A DNA stretch of 64,000 nucleotides from Acidobacteriota bacterium (GTDB lineage Bacteria > Acidobacteriota > UBA890 > WLXD01), in contig CAXWPH010000011.1 of assembly GCA_963666055.2 (NCBI GenBank), positions 224,001 to 288,000 on the forward strand. The letters are read 5' to 3'. The notes beneath the pieces are model-generated. The model searched no databases. It was not told the origin of the DNA and saw nothing but the letters and a program-made list of their open reading frames with translations. A program made the translations under genes and the position numbers. Below are positions 1 through 10,550 of this stretch, in pieces. The first letter of the stretch is position 1; each line of letters starts with the position of its first letter.

Positions 1-392
1 CCGAAGCTCCCCAGCAGGTCACGGAGCGATTTGAGAATCAGCTCCACACCTTCGCGGTAGCCGTCGGCTTCGGCGTCTGCGTCGATGGCGCGCTCGAAGT
101 CGTCGAGCACCGGCAGCAGGTACTGGATCACTTCGATGCGGCCTCTCTCCACACGTTCGCTGCGCTCCTGTTGTGTACGACGGCGGTAGTTGGCCATCTC
201 GGCCTGTTGTCGCAACAGCTGATCTTTGAGCTCCGCGACCTCCGCCTCGAACGGCAGGAGCTCCCGCGTCTCGCCCAGATCCTCGCCGGCAGGGGCATCC
301 GAGGCAGCATCCTCGCTCGCCGTGCCCTCGGCGCTCTCCTCGAGCGTCGCCGCCCACTTGTCCTCCAGGGAGGTGCGCTTGTCGTCGGTCAT
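1..392 (-). CDS. grpE: Nucleotide exchange factor GrpE (3' end runs off the window; not in the ORF track)
   Basis: Manual translation from ATG 392: MTDDKRTSLEDKW...LKDQLLRQQAEMANYRRRTQQE...LLPVLDDFERAI...GVELILKSL, which are GrpE motifs; directly downstream of hrcA. Confidence 0.93.
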   Translation of the reverse strand, partial: MTDDKRTSLEDKWAATLEESAEGTASEDAASDAPAGEDLGETRELLPFEAEVAELKDQLLRQQAEMANYRRRTQQERSERVERGRIEVIQYLLPVLDDFERAIDADAEADGYREGVELILKSLRDLLGSF

Positions 393-434
393 TCGTAGTC
401 CTCGCAGCCGCCGCACAGCCGAACGCGGCCGAAG

Positions 435-1478
435 TCAGAGCGTGACACGCCCCAACACATCCGAAGTGGCCTGCGCCATGGCCTCGACCAGCGCGATGGT
501 CCGAGCGTAATCGAGCCGCGTCGGACCCAGCACTGCGAGCGAGCCAAGAGCGTGACCGCTCGACCAATAGGTCGCGACCACTAATGAGCACGCTCCCAGT
601 GTCGCAGGAAGAGGATCGGCACCGATGAAGATACGAGCCTCCTGGTCGCCAGTGCTCTCCATGGCACCGCGCAGCTCGCGGCGCTCTTCGAGCGTCTCGA
701 TCATCGCCTGCAGGCAGCCACCACCGTCAAAGTCCGGCTGCCCGAGAAGGCTTGCGGCGCCCTCCACCATGACCTCAGCCTCGTTGAGATCCGGCGTCAA
801 GGAGCGAGCACCCAGTCGAATCGCCCGCGACTGACATCGATCGAGATGCGCGTCGGCCTTGAGCAACAGCTCGCGCACCCGCGCCGATACCCGGCGCAGG
901 CTGCGGCCGGCAAAGCGACGCACCAGGTACGCCGCCGATCGATCAAGCTGCTCCTGGGTCATGGGCTGGTCCAGCGCCACCACCCGATTCTTCACCTGGC
1001 CGCTGCGAGCAACAACCATGGCAAGCACCCGGTTGCCCTCCAGGGCAATGAAATCGATGTGCTGAAAAACCGTGTCGGCCAGCGTCGGACCAGATACCAC
1101 GCCCACTAAGTCGGATAGCTCGGCAAGGAGATGACAAGTGCGCCGCAGCAGCTCGCGCACCTCGATCGGATCCGTCTCCAGGCAGGATCGCAGCGGCGCG
1201 GGGTCGAGCTCATCGACTCGTCCGGCCGCCATTAACCCACCCACGTAGCGTGTGTACCCGGCCCGTGTAGGTGTACGCCCAGCGGAGGTATGCGGCTGCT
1301 CGAGAAGTCCGAGCCGCTCGAGCTCCGCCATCACGTTGCGGATGGTCGCCGGCGACAGCGACTCAGGCAGCTGATCGGCGATCGCCGACGACCCCACCGG
1401 TCCGCCGGTGGTGATGTGGCGCTCGACGACCGCGTCGAGAACAGCCGCACTGCGCGCTGTCAGCTCAGAAACCCGCAT
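435..1478 (-). CDS. hrcA: Heat-inducible transcription repressor HrcA
   Basis: PVGS..LSPATIRNVMAELERLGLLEQPHTSAGRTPT N-terminal motif; C-terminal GPTRLDY; CIRCE upstream, grpE downstream. Confidence 0.96.
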   Translation of the reverse strand: MRVSELTARSAAVLDAVVERHITTGGPVGSSAIADQLPESLSPATIRNVMAELERLGLLEQPHTSAGRTPTRAGYTRYVGGLMAAGRVDELDPAPLRSCLETDPIEVRELLRRTCHLLAELSDLVGVVSGPTLADTVFQHIDFIALEGNRVLAMVVARSGQVKNRVVALDQPMTQEQLDRSAAYLVRRFAGRSLRRVSARVRELLLKADAHLDRCQSRAIRLGARSLTPDLNEAEVMVEGAASLLGQPDFDGGGCLQAMIETLEERRELRGAMESTGDQEARIFIGADPLPATLGACSLVVATYWSSGHALGSLAVLGPTRLDYARTIALVEAMAQATSDVLGRVTL

Positions 1479-1567
1479 GCCAAGTGCCCTGCGTCCGGGC
1501 GAAGCACCCTACTCCCGGGTTAGAAGAATGGAACTCAAAAATACGTGCCCCCTTGTCTCGGCCCCGC

Positions 1568-1594
1568 TTAGCACTCTCTCGGTTCGAGTGCTAA
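1568..1594. promoter_or_regulatory. CIRCE element (HrcA operator)
   Basis: TTAGCACTC-tctcggttc-GAGTGCTAA, exact match to the TTAGCACTC-N9-GAGTGCTAA consensus, ~90 bp upstream of hrcA. Confidence 0.97.
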
Positions 1595-1746
1595 CGTAAT
1601 GAAACAATCCCCCGACCTGCCCGTCAAGCATCTTCTTGCAGAGCGTGTCGAAGCGCGCCCACCCGACGGCACCAGCCGACCCCATGCTACCATCCCGGTG
1701 GGTCGAATCCGCCTCCACGAGTGCCATCGAGAACTCCGGCAACCGC

Positions 1747-4140
1747 ATGATCGACCGTTTTCTCGCCGCCGCCGCTCGCACCGTAGCACCGATGATCCGG
1801 CATCCCGTGCTCGTCGCCCTGCCATTCGGGGCTGTAATTAGCGGCCTCGCAGCGGGCTTCATGATCGCCTACGTCCCGGATGCGGCGATCGTTGACGCAC
1901 TGCGGATCTACGAGCCAAGCCTGGTGACGCGGATCTACGATCGCGACGGGGTGCAGTACGCCGAATGGCTACAACAACGACGTGAGGTGGTGAACTTCGA
2001 CGAAATCGCCCCGGTCATGGTGCAAGCGGTAATCGCGGCCGAGGATGCGCGGTTCTTTGACCACGTCGGTATTGACCCCCAGGCCGTCCTACGTTCGCTA
2101 CTTGCCGACCTGCGCTGTGGCTACTTCTGTGAGGGGTTCAGCACCATCACGATGCAGGTGCCGCGGAACCTCGATCGCTACCTGGGCGGCGACAACTGGC
2201 TGCCACGGGACAAGACGCTGGAGCGCAAGATCCGCGAGGCGATCTATGCGATCCAGATCGAGCGCCACTACACGAAGGAGCAGATTTTCAGCATCTACGC
2301 GAACCAGATCTTCATGGGCAGCAGTGCCTACGGCTTCCAGGCGGCGTCGAAATTCTACTTCGGTAAGCCGATCTCGGATGTCACGCTGCCCGAAGCAGCG
2401 CTGCTCGCCGGGATGATCCAGCGACCTTCGAGTTATCGGCCAGACCTGCATCCGGACAACGCCATCGCCAAGCGAAACATCGTGCTGGACCGGATGCTCG
2501 ACGAGGGCTTCATCAGCGCAGAGGAAAACGCCGAGGCGAAGGCAGCACTTCTACTCGTGGCTGAGGATACCCGCAACAACAAGCTCGGCGACTATTTCAC
2601 CGAGGATATTCGCAAGACGCTGATCCAGACCTACGGCATGGAGGGCATCTATCGCTCCGGCCTTCGAGTGCAGACGACGCTCGACCGACAGCTCCAGCGC
2701 GCCGCCGAGGTCGCACTCGACCGTGGGATTCGCGAGGTCGACAGACGCTCTGGCTGGCGCAGCGACCAACGGAACCTGCACGACGAGGGTATCGACCTCG
2801 CCGTCTACGAAGACCCCCGCTGGCAAAGGACGATGCAGCCGGGCGATTTCGTGCCCGCCGTCGTCACGCAAGTGAGGCCACAGGCGGCCAGGGCGCGGAT
2901 CGGCGACATGATCGTCGAGATCAACCCCGACGACGCGGAGTGGACCGGGCGCACCACCATGGGTCGGCTGGTGCGCGCTGGAGATCTGATCGAAGTTCTC
3001 TTGGAGTCTCGGGTCGAGGGCGGAACCTGGGAGGTCGAGCTCGACCAGACACCGAAGTTGCAGGGTGCTGTGCTGGTGGTGGAGAACGACAGCGGCGAAG
3101 TCCGCGCCATGATCGGGGGACGCGTCTTCGACGATTCGGAGTTCAATCGCGCCACCCAGGCGGTCCGCCAGACAGGGTCGATCTTCAAGCCCTTCGTCTA
3201 CTCCACGGCGGTGACGATGGGCCTCACTCCGTCCTACCTGTTCGTCGATCAGCAAACGACGTTCCGCGATCCCACCACGCGCCAGCCGTACTCGCCGGCA
3301 AATTTCAACAACGAGTACATCGGCGTTACCTCCATGGCCGAAGCGATCTCCAAGTCGCGCAACGTGCCAACGATCATGCTTCAACAGAAGATCGGGGTGG
3401 AGAACGTCATCGACATGGCTCGCAAGTTCGGCCTCACTGCCCCGTTCGGCCCCTATCTATCGCTCGCACTGGGCGTCATGGATATCTCGGTCTGGGAGAT
3501 CGTGCGCGCCTACACGGTGTTCCCCAACATGGGCGTTCTGGTCGAGCCTCACTTGGTTCGGGCGGTTTACGACCGGCGGGGCAAGCTGCTCGAAAAAACC
3601 CAGCAGTCAGCGCGCTCGGTGATGAACGCCGACGAGGCCTATGTGATGGCGCGCATGCTGGTCGCCGGTATCCAACGTGGTACGGGCGTGCGAGCCCGGG
3701 CGCTGGAGCAAGAGCTGCAGCAAATGCTGGGCGGAAAATCCGGCACAACCGACGATCGGACCGACGTCTGGTACGTCGGCTTCTCCCCCAATCACACCGT
3801 AGGCGTATGGCTCGGCCACGACAAGAAGGAGCGGATTCACCGCCGCGCCACTGGCTCGAACTCGGCCCTGCCAATTTGGATCGAGATCATGCGTGTGGCC
3901 GAGACCGGCAACCCGCCGGCGGTGCTGCCGCGGCCGGGCAACATCGAACTGCGCACAGTCGATCCGTTCACCGGCCTTCTCTACAGCGCGTATTGCAAGG
4001 AGGCGCTCGAGCTGGCGTTCATCGCCGGCACAGCGCCGACTCGCGCGTGCGGGCCAGCCGAACGCGCCATCCTCAACCTCGAGGCGTATCAGCAGGCCTA
4101 CTTCGTCAAAGATGGACGCCTCGACACTACCGGGTACTGA
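1747..4140 (+). CDS. Penicillin-binding protein 1A family (transglycosylase/transpeptidase)
   Basis: EDARFFDHVGID and STITMQ glycosyltransferase motifs; SIFK (SxxK), SRN (SxN), KSGT transpeptidase motifs; N-terminal TM. Start uncertain (ORF opens at 1636; ATG 1747 chosen). Confidence 0.92.
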   Translation: MIDRFLAAAARTVAPMIRHPVLVALPFGAVISGLAAGFMIAYVPDAAIVDALRIYEPSLVTRIYDRDGVQYAEWLQQRREVVNFDEIAPVMVQAVIAAEDARFFDHVGIDPQAVLRSLLADLRCGYFCEGFSTITMQVPRNLDRYLGGDNWLPRDKTLERKIREAIYAIQIERHYTKEQIFSIYANQIFMGSSAYGFQAASKFYFGKPISDVTLPEAALLAGMIQRPSSYRPDLHPDNAIAKRNIVLDRMLDEGFISAEENAEAKAALLLVAEDTRNNKLGDYFTEDIRKTLIQTYGMEGIYRSGLRVQTTLDRQLQRAAEVALDRGIREVDRRSGWRSDQRNLHDEGIDLAVYEDPRWQRTMQPGDFVPAVVTQVRPQAARARIGDMIVEINPDDAEWTGRTTMGRLVRAGDLIEVLLESRVEGGTWEVELDQTPKLQGAVLVVENDSGEVRAMIGGRVFDDSEFNRATQAVRQTGSIFKPFVYSTAVTMGLTPSYLFVDQQTTFRDPTTRQPYSPANFNNEYIGVTSMAEAISKSRNVPTIMLQQKIGVENVIDMARKFGLTAPFGPYLSLALGVMDISVWEIVRAYTVFPNMGVLVEPHLVRAVYDRRGKLLEKTQQSARSVMNADEAYVMARMLVAGIQRGTGVRARALEQELQQMLGGKSGTTDDRTDVWYVGFSPNHTVGVWLGHDKKERIHRRATGSNSALPIWIEIMRVAETGNPPAVLPRPGNIELRTVDPFTGLLYSAYCKEALELAFIAGTAPTRACGPAERAILNLEAYQQAYFVKDGRLDTTGY

Positions 4141-4156
4141 GTGACCAGGGCGTCTC

Positions 4157-5270
4157 CTACGAGTCGGTACCGCTGCCCGCCCCGGCGCGCCATTTCAGAA
4201 AGCCGTCCATGAACGGCTGTAGGTCGCCATCGAGAACAGCATCCACATTGCCCTTCTCGACGTCGGTGCGGTGGTCCTTGGCCATTTGATAGGGGTGCAA
4301 CACGTAGGAGCGGATCTGCGACCCGAAGCCGATCTCCATCTTCTCGCCCTGTTTCTCGGCGATCTCCACCTCGCGTAACTGACGCTCGCGCTCGTACAAG
4401 CGCGCCCGCAAGACCTTCAGCGCCATCGCCTTGTTGCGGTGCTGCGAGCGCTCCGCCTGGCTCTGGGCGACGATTCCCGTCGGCAGATGGGTAACGCGAA
4501 CCGCCGAGTCGGTCACGTTGACATGCTGCCCGCCCGCTCCACTGGCGCGATAGGTATCGACGCGAACGTCTTTGTCGTCGAGCTCGATCTCGATGTCATC
4601 GTCGATCTCGGGGGCAACCGCAACCGAGGCGAACGAAGTGTGCCGCCGGCTCGCAGCATCGTACGGCGATATCCGCACGAGACGGTGCACGCCAGTTTCT
4701 CCTTTGAGGTATCCGAACGCGTACGGCCCCTCGATGCGTAGCGTTGCGCTCTTCAGACCGGCTTCCTCACCGGGCTGCTCATCGATCATCTCGACCTTGT
4801 AGCCCCCTGCCTCCGCCCAACGCTCCAGCATGCGCAGCAGCATGGCGGCCCAATCTTGTGACTCGGTTCCCCCGGCCCCCGGGTGGATATCGATCAGCGC
4901 CGGACGCACGTCGTCCGGATCGCCCAAGAGCAACTGCACCTCGTAAGCGTCGAGGCGCTTGCGCAGCTCGACGAGGGCCACCTCGGCCTCGCCTACGGCC
5001 TCCTCCTCGCCCTCGTCGGCAAGCTCGAGAAACGCTTCGGCCTCATCGACTTTCTCGCTCAGAGCAGCATCGAGTTCAATGCGTGCCTGCAGCTCACTGC
5101 GCTCACGCACCAGGTTCTGGTCGCCGCCGTCATCCCAGAACGCCGGTGCGACCATCAGCTTCTCGATCTCGCTCAGTCGATCTCGAGTCCCAGCAGGGTC
5201 AAAGATGACCTCCAAGCGCCTGGTATCGCGAGCGCAACTCATCGAGAGCGCGACGGGGTTCTTCGATCAT
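4157..5270 (-). CDS. prfB: Peptide chain release factor 2, with programmed +1 frameshift after codon 23
   Basis: SPY (SPF-like) motif, GGQ motif, GGTESQDWA; short upstream frame MIEEPRRALDELRSRYQALGGHL* (ATG 5270) joined via CTT TGA C. Confidence 0.96.
5198..5213 (-). other. prfB +1 ribosomal frameshift site
   Basis: Minus strand GGAGGT-CAT-CTT-TGA-C: internal SD 3 nt before the slippery CTT TGA C. Confidence 0.95.
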
Positions 5271-5337
5271 GCTCGTGTCCCTTGGGAAGCCGATCCGCAT
5301 CAGCGAATGTATCGTGAATCCCACCGCTGCGTGGCCA

Positions 5338-6858
5338 TCAGGCTGCGGGCCGATACAACCATCCGAGGCGCGGCCAAATGGCGCCCGCCACGCACGCTGC
5401 CGCCAGCAGGGTACAGGCGAGCGCAAACGCGTCGCCGATACGTACGTACAGAGTCAAATCGTGACGAGCCCGCACTTCGCCCACGATGACAGCCTCCGTT
5501 TCCATCTCGGTGCGCTTCAAGGCGCGACCCCAGGGGTCGACGATACCGCTGATACCGGTGTTGGCCGCGCGTAGCAGCCAGCGCCGGTTCTCGATGGCGC
5601 GTAGACGCGCCATGTCGAAATGCTGATAGGGGCCGCTGGTGGTGCCGTACCACGCGTCGTTGGTAATGGTTATCAGGAACTGCGCACCGGCGCGCACTTG
5701 CCCACTCACCAGGCTCGGAAAGATGATCTCGTAGCAAATCGCCAGGCCGAAGGGCGGCACCCCGGCAGTCGGCGCCGACAGGAGCGGCTGCGACGAATCG
5801 CCCGCCCGCATCGCGCCTACCGACTGCACGAGTGGCCCCAGGAACCGTAGGTACCGTTGTAGAGGCAGGTACTCGCCGAACGGAACAAGGTGCGATTTCT
5901 CGTACCGCCCGGCCCAGTCGCCATTGGCGTCCACCACTACGGCGGCGTTGGCGACCGTGTACCCGAGCTCGCTGTCCTCGACGTGTACGGTGCCAACGAC
6001 TAGCGCGGCCCGGGTGCGTCGCGCCATGGCTGTTAGTAGCCTCGATGCCTGCGCGTCGCGCTCGACACCGTAGGGATCGGGCCAGCTGCTCTCAGGCCAC
6101 ACCAGCAACCGGGCGCCGCTCTGTGCGCCGCGCTCAGACAGCAGCAAATGGCGCTTCAGCGTGCGCTCCCTGAGGCCGGGATCCCACTTGTTGTCCTGTG
6201 CCACGTTGCCCTGTACCAGCGCCACAGGCACGGTCGTGCCGACGTCCGTCGCCGGTCCGGTGGACAGTCGTCCATACCCATAGAGGATGCTAGCCGCCAG
6301 CATGACGACCGCCGGCATCGCCGTCGCGCGCCAGCCAGGCCTGCCGCGGGCGGCCGCCGCAAAGGCGCCGTTCCCCAGCATCACGAGGAAAGACAGCCCG
6401 TATACGCCGGCGAGATCAGCGACCTGGGCCACCGGCAGGTAGGCAGCCCCGGCATACCCCAGTAGCGCCCAAGGGAACCCGCTCAGGAAAACCGATTGCA
6501 CGTACTCCAGACCGGTCCACGTCGCCGCCAGCAGCAGCACCGCCTCGGGCCGCTCGACCCCGGCGCGGTTCACCACTAGTGCGAACAGGCCCCAATAGGC
6601 GGCCAGATAGGCAACCAACAAAGCGACACCCAGGGCAGCAATCGGCAGGGACAAGCCGCCGAAGCGCGTCATCGCATGGATCACCCAATACAACGTCGCG
6701 GCGCGAAACGCCGACCCGAAGAGGAACCCGTACCACCAGGCGCGCACCGGGGAGGTATCGGTCACCGCCATGAGCAGCGGCGCAACCGCCACCCAGGCGA
6801 GCGGATACCATCCGACCTTGGGGAAAGCCGCGGCCAGAGCGAGGCCGCTGACAAGCAC
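5338..6858 (-). CDS. lnt: Apolipoprotein N-acyltransferase
   Basis: GFPW, VQGN, WPES, YEKSHLVPFGEY, ICYE, ITNDAWYG, RAANTGIS motifs; multiple TM helices. Confidence 0.95.
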   Translation of the reverse strand: MLVSGLALAAAFPKVGWYPLAWVAVAPLLMAVTDTSPVRAWWYGFLFGSAFRAATLYWVIHAMTRFGGLSLPIAALGVALLVAYLAAYWGLFALVVNRAGVERPEAVLLLAATWTGLEYVQSVFLSGFPWALLGYAGAAYLPVAQVADLAGVYGLSFLVMLGNGAFAAAARGRPGWRATAMPAVVMLAASILYGYGRLSTGPATDVGTTVPVALVQGNVAQDNKWDPGLRERTLKRHLLLSERGAQSGARLLVWPESSWPDPYGVERDAQASRLLTAMARRTRAALVVGTVHVEDSELGYTVANAAVVVDANGDWAGRYEKSHLVPFGEYLPLQRYLRFLGPLVQSVGAMRAGDSSQPLLSAPTAGVPPFGLAICYEIIFPSLVSGQVRAGAQFLITITNDAWYGTTSGPYQHFDMARLRAIENRRWLLRAANTGISGIVDPWGRALKRTEMETEAVIVGEVRARHDLTLYVRIGDAFALACTLLAAACVAGAIWPRLGWLYRPAA

Positions 6859-6884
6859 CGCCCAACTGGAGCGCGACAGGCCCT

Positions 6885-7487
6885 CTAGCCCTGGGTGATC
6901 CAGGTATCGACGATGTCGCGACGGCCGCTGAGCGCAACCGCGACACGCTCGGCAGCCGACTCCTCGCGATAGCGCCCGACGCGCACGCGGAACATTGTCG
7001 TCCCGGCAACATCGCCGGACACGACAAACGCCGGAAAGCCCGCCGATGCGAGGCTTGCCTGGAGCGTGTCCGCCTCTTCGCGATCGCTCGTCGCCTTAAC
7101 CTGCACGACATAGCCGCTGGCGATCGAAGGGTCCGCCTCCGGCAGATCGTTTGTAGCGACCGACGTCGACGCGGCGGCCGGCCGAGATGTAGCGATCGGC
7201 TCCGCCGCCTCTGTGCCGAGGTTGGCGCTCGTCCCCTCCGCCGGCTCTTCCATGCGTCCGAGGAAATCCGTATCAGCAGGAGCGACCGCCGCTACAAGGC
7301 CAGCGTCGTCGCCGAGCGCCTCGACCAAGCCACCTTCCAGCAACGGCTGCGGTCCCTGACCGCGCCCTACCATGACCCCGAGCATGAACACGGCAACGCC
7401 CAGGCCGACCGCCACCAGAAAGGCCACGATCAGGCTGCTGTTGCTGAGTTGGATCTCGTAGAAACTCTGCTTGCCCGATCCGTTCAT
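6885..7487 (-). CDS. SPOR-domain membrane-anchored protein (FtsN/DedD-like)
   Basis: N-terminal TM, low-complexity linker, C-terminal YVVQV...FRVRVGRY SPOR domain; ATG 7487 chosen. Confidence 0.8.
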   Translation of the reverse strand: MNGSGKQSFYEIQLSNSSLIVAFLVAVGLGVAVFMLGVMVGRGQGPQPLLEGGLVEALGDDAGLVAAVAPADTDFLGRMEEPAEGTSANLGTEAAEPIATSRPAAASTSVATNDLPEADPSIASGYVVQVKATSDREEADTLQASLASAGFPAFVVSGDVAGTTMFRVRVGRYREESAAERVAVALSGRRDIVDTWITQG

Positions 7488-7617
7488 CTTCCCACCCCGC
7501 ACGCAGGACCCACGCCGTGATAGCGGCGCGCTAGCGTGGCCAATATTCAGCAAAGTCTATCGCATCGAGAAACGATTCTCTGCCCGGGCGGGACGTCGCT
7601 ACCCGCGCCCGAACTAC

Positions 7618-8412
7618 TCAGTCGTCTGCGTCGTCACTGCGCGCCGCTGTGGCCCCACCGCTACCGGCACCCAGTCCGCGTATCATCATGTCCATGGGAA
7701 GCGGGAATACGATGGTCGAACTGCGATCGGAGGCCACCTCGGTCAACGTCTGGAAGTAACGCAGCTGAACGGCAACAGGCTCCTGCGCCAGAACCGTCGC
7801 CGCCGCAAACAAACGTTCCGACGCCTGCGCCTCCCCTTCCGCATGGATGATCTTGGCTCGCTTCTCGCGCTCCGCTTCGGCTTGGCGCGCGATGGCGCGG
7901 ATCATCTCCTGCGGCAGGTCGACGTGTTTCACCTCCACCATCGACACCTTGATGCCCCACGGGTCGGTATGGTCGTCGAGGATCGACTGCAACTGTGAGT
8001 TGAGGTTATGACGCTCCGATAGCAGTGCGTCGAGTTCGACCTGGCCGATCACCGAGCGCAACGTCGTCTGCGCCAGCTGCGAGGTAGCGTACATATAGTT
8101 CTCGACTTCGACCACAGCGCGCGTCGAATCCATGACGCGGAAATACACCACCGCGTTTACCTTCACCGAGACGTTGTCGCGCGTGATCACGTCCTGCGGG
8201 GGCACGTCGAGAACGATCGTGCGCAGCGACACTCGCTCCATCTTGTCGATCGGCCAGAAGACGAAGATGATGCCCGGCCCCTTGGTATCCGGCAGGAGCC
8301 TGCCGAGCCGAAAGATAACCGCGCGCTCGTACTCCTTGAGAATGTTCACCGAGCTGAGCAGGTAAAAAGCGAGCAGGATGAACAAGAACGTTACGGGCGA
8401 AAGCAATCCCAT
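7618..8412 (-). CDS. Stomatin-like SPFH/band-7 (slipin) protein
   Basis: [57 protein letters not shown]; paired with nfeD. Confidence 0.95.
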   Translation of the reverse strand: MGLLSPVTFLFILLAFYLLSSVNILKEYERAVIFRLGRLLPDTKGPGIIFVFWPIDKMERVSLRTIVLDVPPQDVITRDNVSVKVNAVVYFRVMDSTRAVVEVENYMYATSQLAQTTLRSVIGQVELDALLSERHNLNSQLQSILDDHTDPWGIKVSMVEVKHVDLPQEMIRAIARQAEAEREKRAKIIHAEGEAQASERLFAAATVLAQEPVAVQLRYFQTLTEVASDRSSTIVFPLPMDMMIRGLGAGSGGATAARSDDADD

Positions 8413-8419
8413 GGGTCAG

Positions 8420-9757
8420 CTACCTTTCGTGTGCGTGGCTGGGGCGCACCCGGATGACCATGCCACTCTCCACCCCGACGACCTCCACTCGGTCGCCGGA
8501 GCGAACTGGCACGTCCGACCGAGCTCGCCATAGCTCTCCGTGAACGAATGCCGAACCCGGCTCTCCGGGTGCGAGGTCCGAAGCCGCGTGTCCGGTCTTG
8601 GTTACGAGGCCCTTCAGGCCAGTCTGGACGCGCGCTCGATGCGAGTGTACGACGAGCCATACGAGCGACCCGGTGATCGCCAGTACGCCGAGCGCCGTCG
8701 GAAGGACGAAGCCCAGTTGCAACCGTAGCTCCGGAATCGGTCCAGGCACCAGCATCAACGAGCCGAGCACGAATGCCACGACTCCCGCTACTGTCAGCAA
8801 GCCGTAGGAGGTCACCTTTACCTCGAGGATAAAGAACAGAAGTGCCAGGCCGATGAGCAACAGGCCGGCAAAGCTGATCGGGAGTATCTGGAACGCTTGT
8901 AGCGCCAACACCAGGCAGATGCCGCCGAGCACGCCCGGCAACACCGCGCCGGGTGTGGAGAACTCGAAATACAACCCTGCCAGCCCGGCCAACATGAGGA
9001 TGAAGGCTACCTGTGGGTCCGCCAGAACGGCAAGGACTCGCTGCCGCAACGACAGCTCCAGCGTCTCGACCTGGGCGCCATCTAGCTGCAACACGATGTC
9101 CGCGCCACCCTTGCTGATCCGCCTGCCGTTTATGGTCGCCAGCAAGGCATCGATATCGTCGACGATGAAGTCAGCCAGCCCCACATCGAGCGCCTCCTGA
9201 GCCGCGAAGGAGCGTCCGTCGGTAACCGCCTCGGCGGCCAGATCGACCGGGCGGCCGAGCTCTTCAGCCAGGCTGCGGATGTAGGCCTCGGCGTCCTGGA
9301 TCATCTTCTTCTGCATCGTCTCGTCGGCGCCGCCCCCTACCAGCACCGGGCTTGCAGCACCCATGTTGGTGCCCGGCGCCATTACCACGACGTCTGCTGC
9401 CATGGCCATGAAGAAGCCGGCCGAGGCGGCGCGCGCTCCCGACGGCCCGACGAACAGACACACCGGCACGGGGCTGGCTCGGAAGGCTTGAATGATGTCC
9501 CGCATCGACCGATCCAGACCACCCGGCGTGTCGATCTGTAGCAGAAATAAATCGGCACCGCGGTCGATTGCCGTATCGAGCGCCTCGACGACGTACTCCG
9601 AAGTAATGGAGTGGATGGTGTCGGCGAGCTCTGCCACCAGGACGAACGGCTGTCTTTCGGGAGCCTGAGCGGCAGCGGGGAGAGCTACACACAGCAGAAC
9701 TGCCGCCGGCACCAGGCAACACGCACCACGACGAGTTCTCACTCCCCTATTGTGCAC
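8420..9757 (-). CDS. nfeD: NfeD family membrane-bound ClpP-class serine protease
   Basis: DTPGG, AASAG, GAASPV motifs, TM block, C-terminal OB fold GELWRARS; start uncertain. Confidence 0.92.
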   Translation of the reverse strand: MHNRGVRTRRGACCLVPAAVLLCVALPAAAQAPERQPFVLVAELADTIHSITSEYVVEALDTAIDRGADLFLLQIDTPGGLDRSMRDIIQAFRASPVPVCLFVGPSGARAASAGFFMAMAADVVVMAPGTNMGAASPVLVGGGADETMQKKMIQDAEAYIRSLAEELGRPVDLAAEAVTDGRSFAAQEALDVGLADFIVDDIDALLATINGRRISKGGADIVLQLDGAQVETLELSLRQRVLAVLADPQVAFILMLAGLAGLYFEFSTPGAVLPGVLGGICLVLALQAFQILPISFAGLLLIGLALLFFILEVKVTSYGLLTVAGVVAFVLGSLMLVPGPIPELRLQLGFVLPTALGVLAITGSLVWLVVHSHRARVQTGLKGLVTKTGHAASDLAPGEPGSAFVHGELWRARSDVPVRSGDRVEVVGVESGMVIRVRPSHAHER

Positions 9758-9921
9758 GCTGCCCGCGCAAAGCGCACCGTGGAGAGTCCGCCTCCGCCAG
9801 TGCTTTCACATCTGGTCAAAGAGCGCGGCGCAATCTTCGTGGCGGCTCTGACCACCGTCATTCACCGAGGGCCGGGCTGCGGCCGAGTGCATGTTCACCG
9901 CTCAGGGCTCGATCGATTGAT

Positions 9922-10095
9922 CTAGCAGGCCGTGGTGAAAGTGTGGTGGGTCTGGCGACAGGGTCTTGCGAAGTGGAGGCAAGGAGAGAGGAGGAGGCGA
10001 TGATTACCGCATCGTTGACGAGGAACAACGCAGCATACGCGCGCAACCCCCTGCCGCCCGAAGGGTTACACCACACTTTCACCACGGCCTGCTAG
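9922..10095. mobile_element. MITE-like non-autonomous element (174 bp) with 27-bp perfect terminal inverted repeats ending in CTAG
   Basis: 9922-9948 CTAGCAGGCCGTGGTGAAAGTGTGGTG is the exact reverse complement of 10069-10095 CACCACACTTTCACCACGGCCTGCTAG; intergenic; no transposase. Confidence 0.85.
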
Positions 10096-10100
10096 CGCCA

Positions 10101-10454
10101 CTAATCGCCGGTTTTCCGTCCGTAGCGATCTTCGAGCCTGACCACGTCATCGAGATGGGGTGTGGAGACCTCGAAGACATCGCAGGTGGTCAACGCCCGC
10201 ATGCGATGAATGGTCCGCGGTGGGATGTGCTGTACTTGCCCGGGCTCGAGGATCACGGCGCGCAAATCGCCATCAACCCCCTCTCCGATCTCGAGCTCGA
10301 GACGTCCCGACTGGCAGAAGAGCGTCTCCTCCTTGACCTCGTGATACTGGAGGCTGAGCTGCTCGCCCTCGTCGATGTGCAGGATCTTACCTACGTAGCT
10401 GTCTGTCTCGGCCCAGATGATCTCATGGCCCCAGGGCTTGTCGACTTTGCGCAT
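10101..10454 (-). CDS. Small cupin-domain protein (mannose-6-phosphate isomerase-like cupin)
   Basis: KPWG, LSLQYHEVKEET, HIPPRTIHRM, EVSTPHLDDVVRLEDRYGR. Confidence 0.85.
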   Translation of the reverse strand: MRKVDKPWGHEIIWAETDSYVGKILHIDEGEQLSLQYHEVKEETLFCQSGRLELEIGEGVDGDLRAVILEPGQVQHIPPRTIHRMRALTTCDVFEVSTPHLDDVVRLEDRYGRKTGD

Positions 10455-10550
10455 TCCTTCGCCCCGCCGTGGCCGGATCCCGTCGTCAGGCGAATCCGAC
10501 GCTTGCGGCGGCCCAGCGGTCGCCGCGCCCGGCTTTGGTTAATCGTAGGT

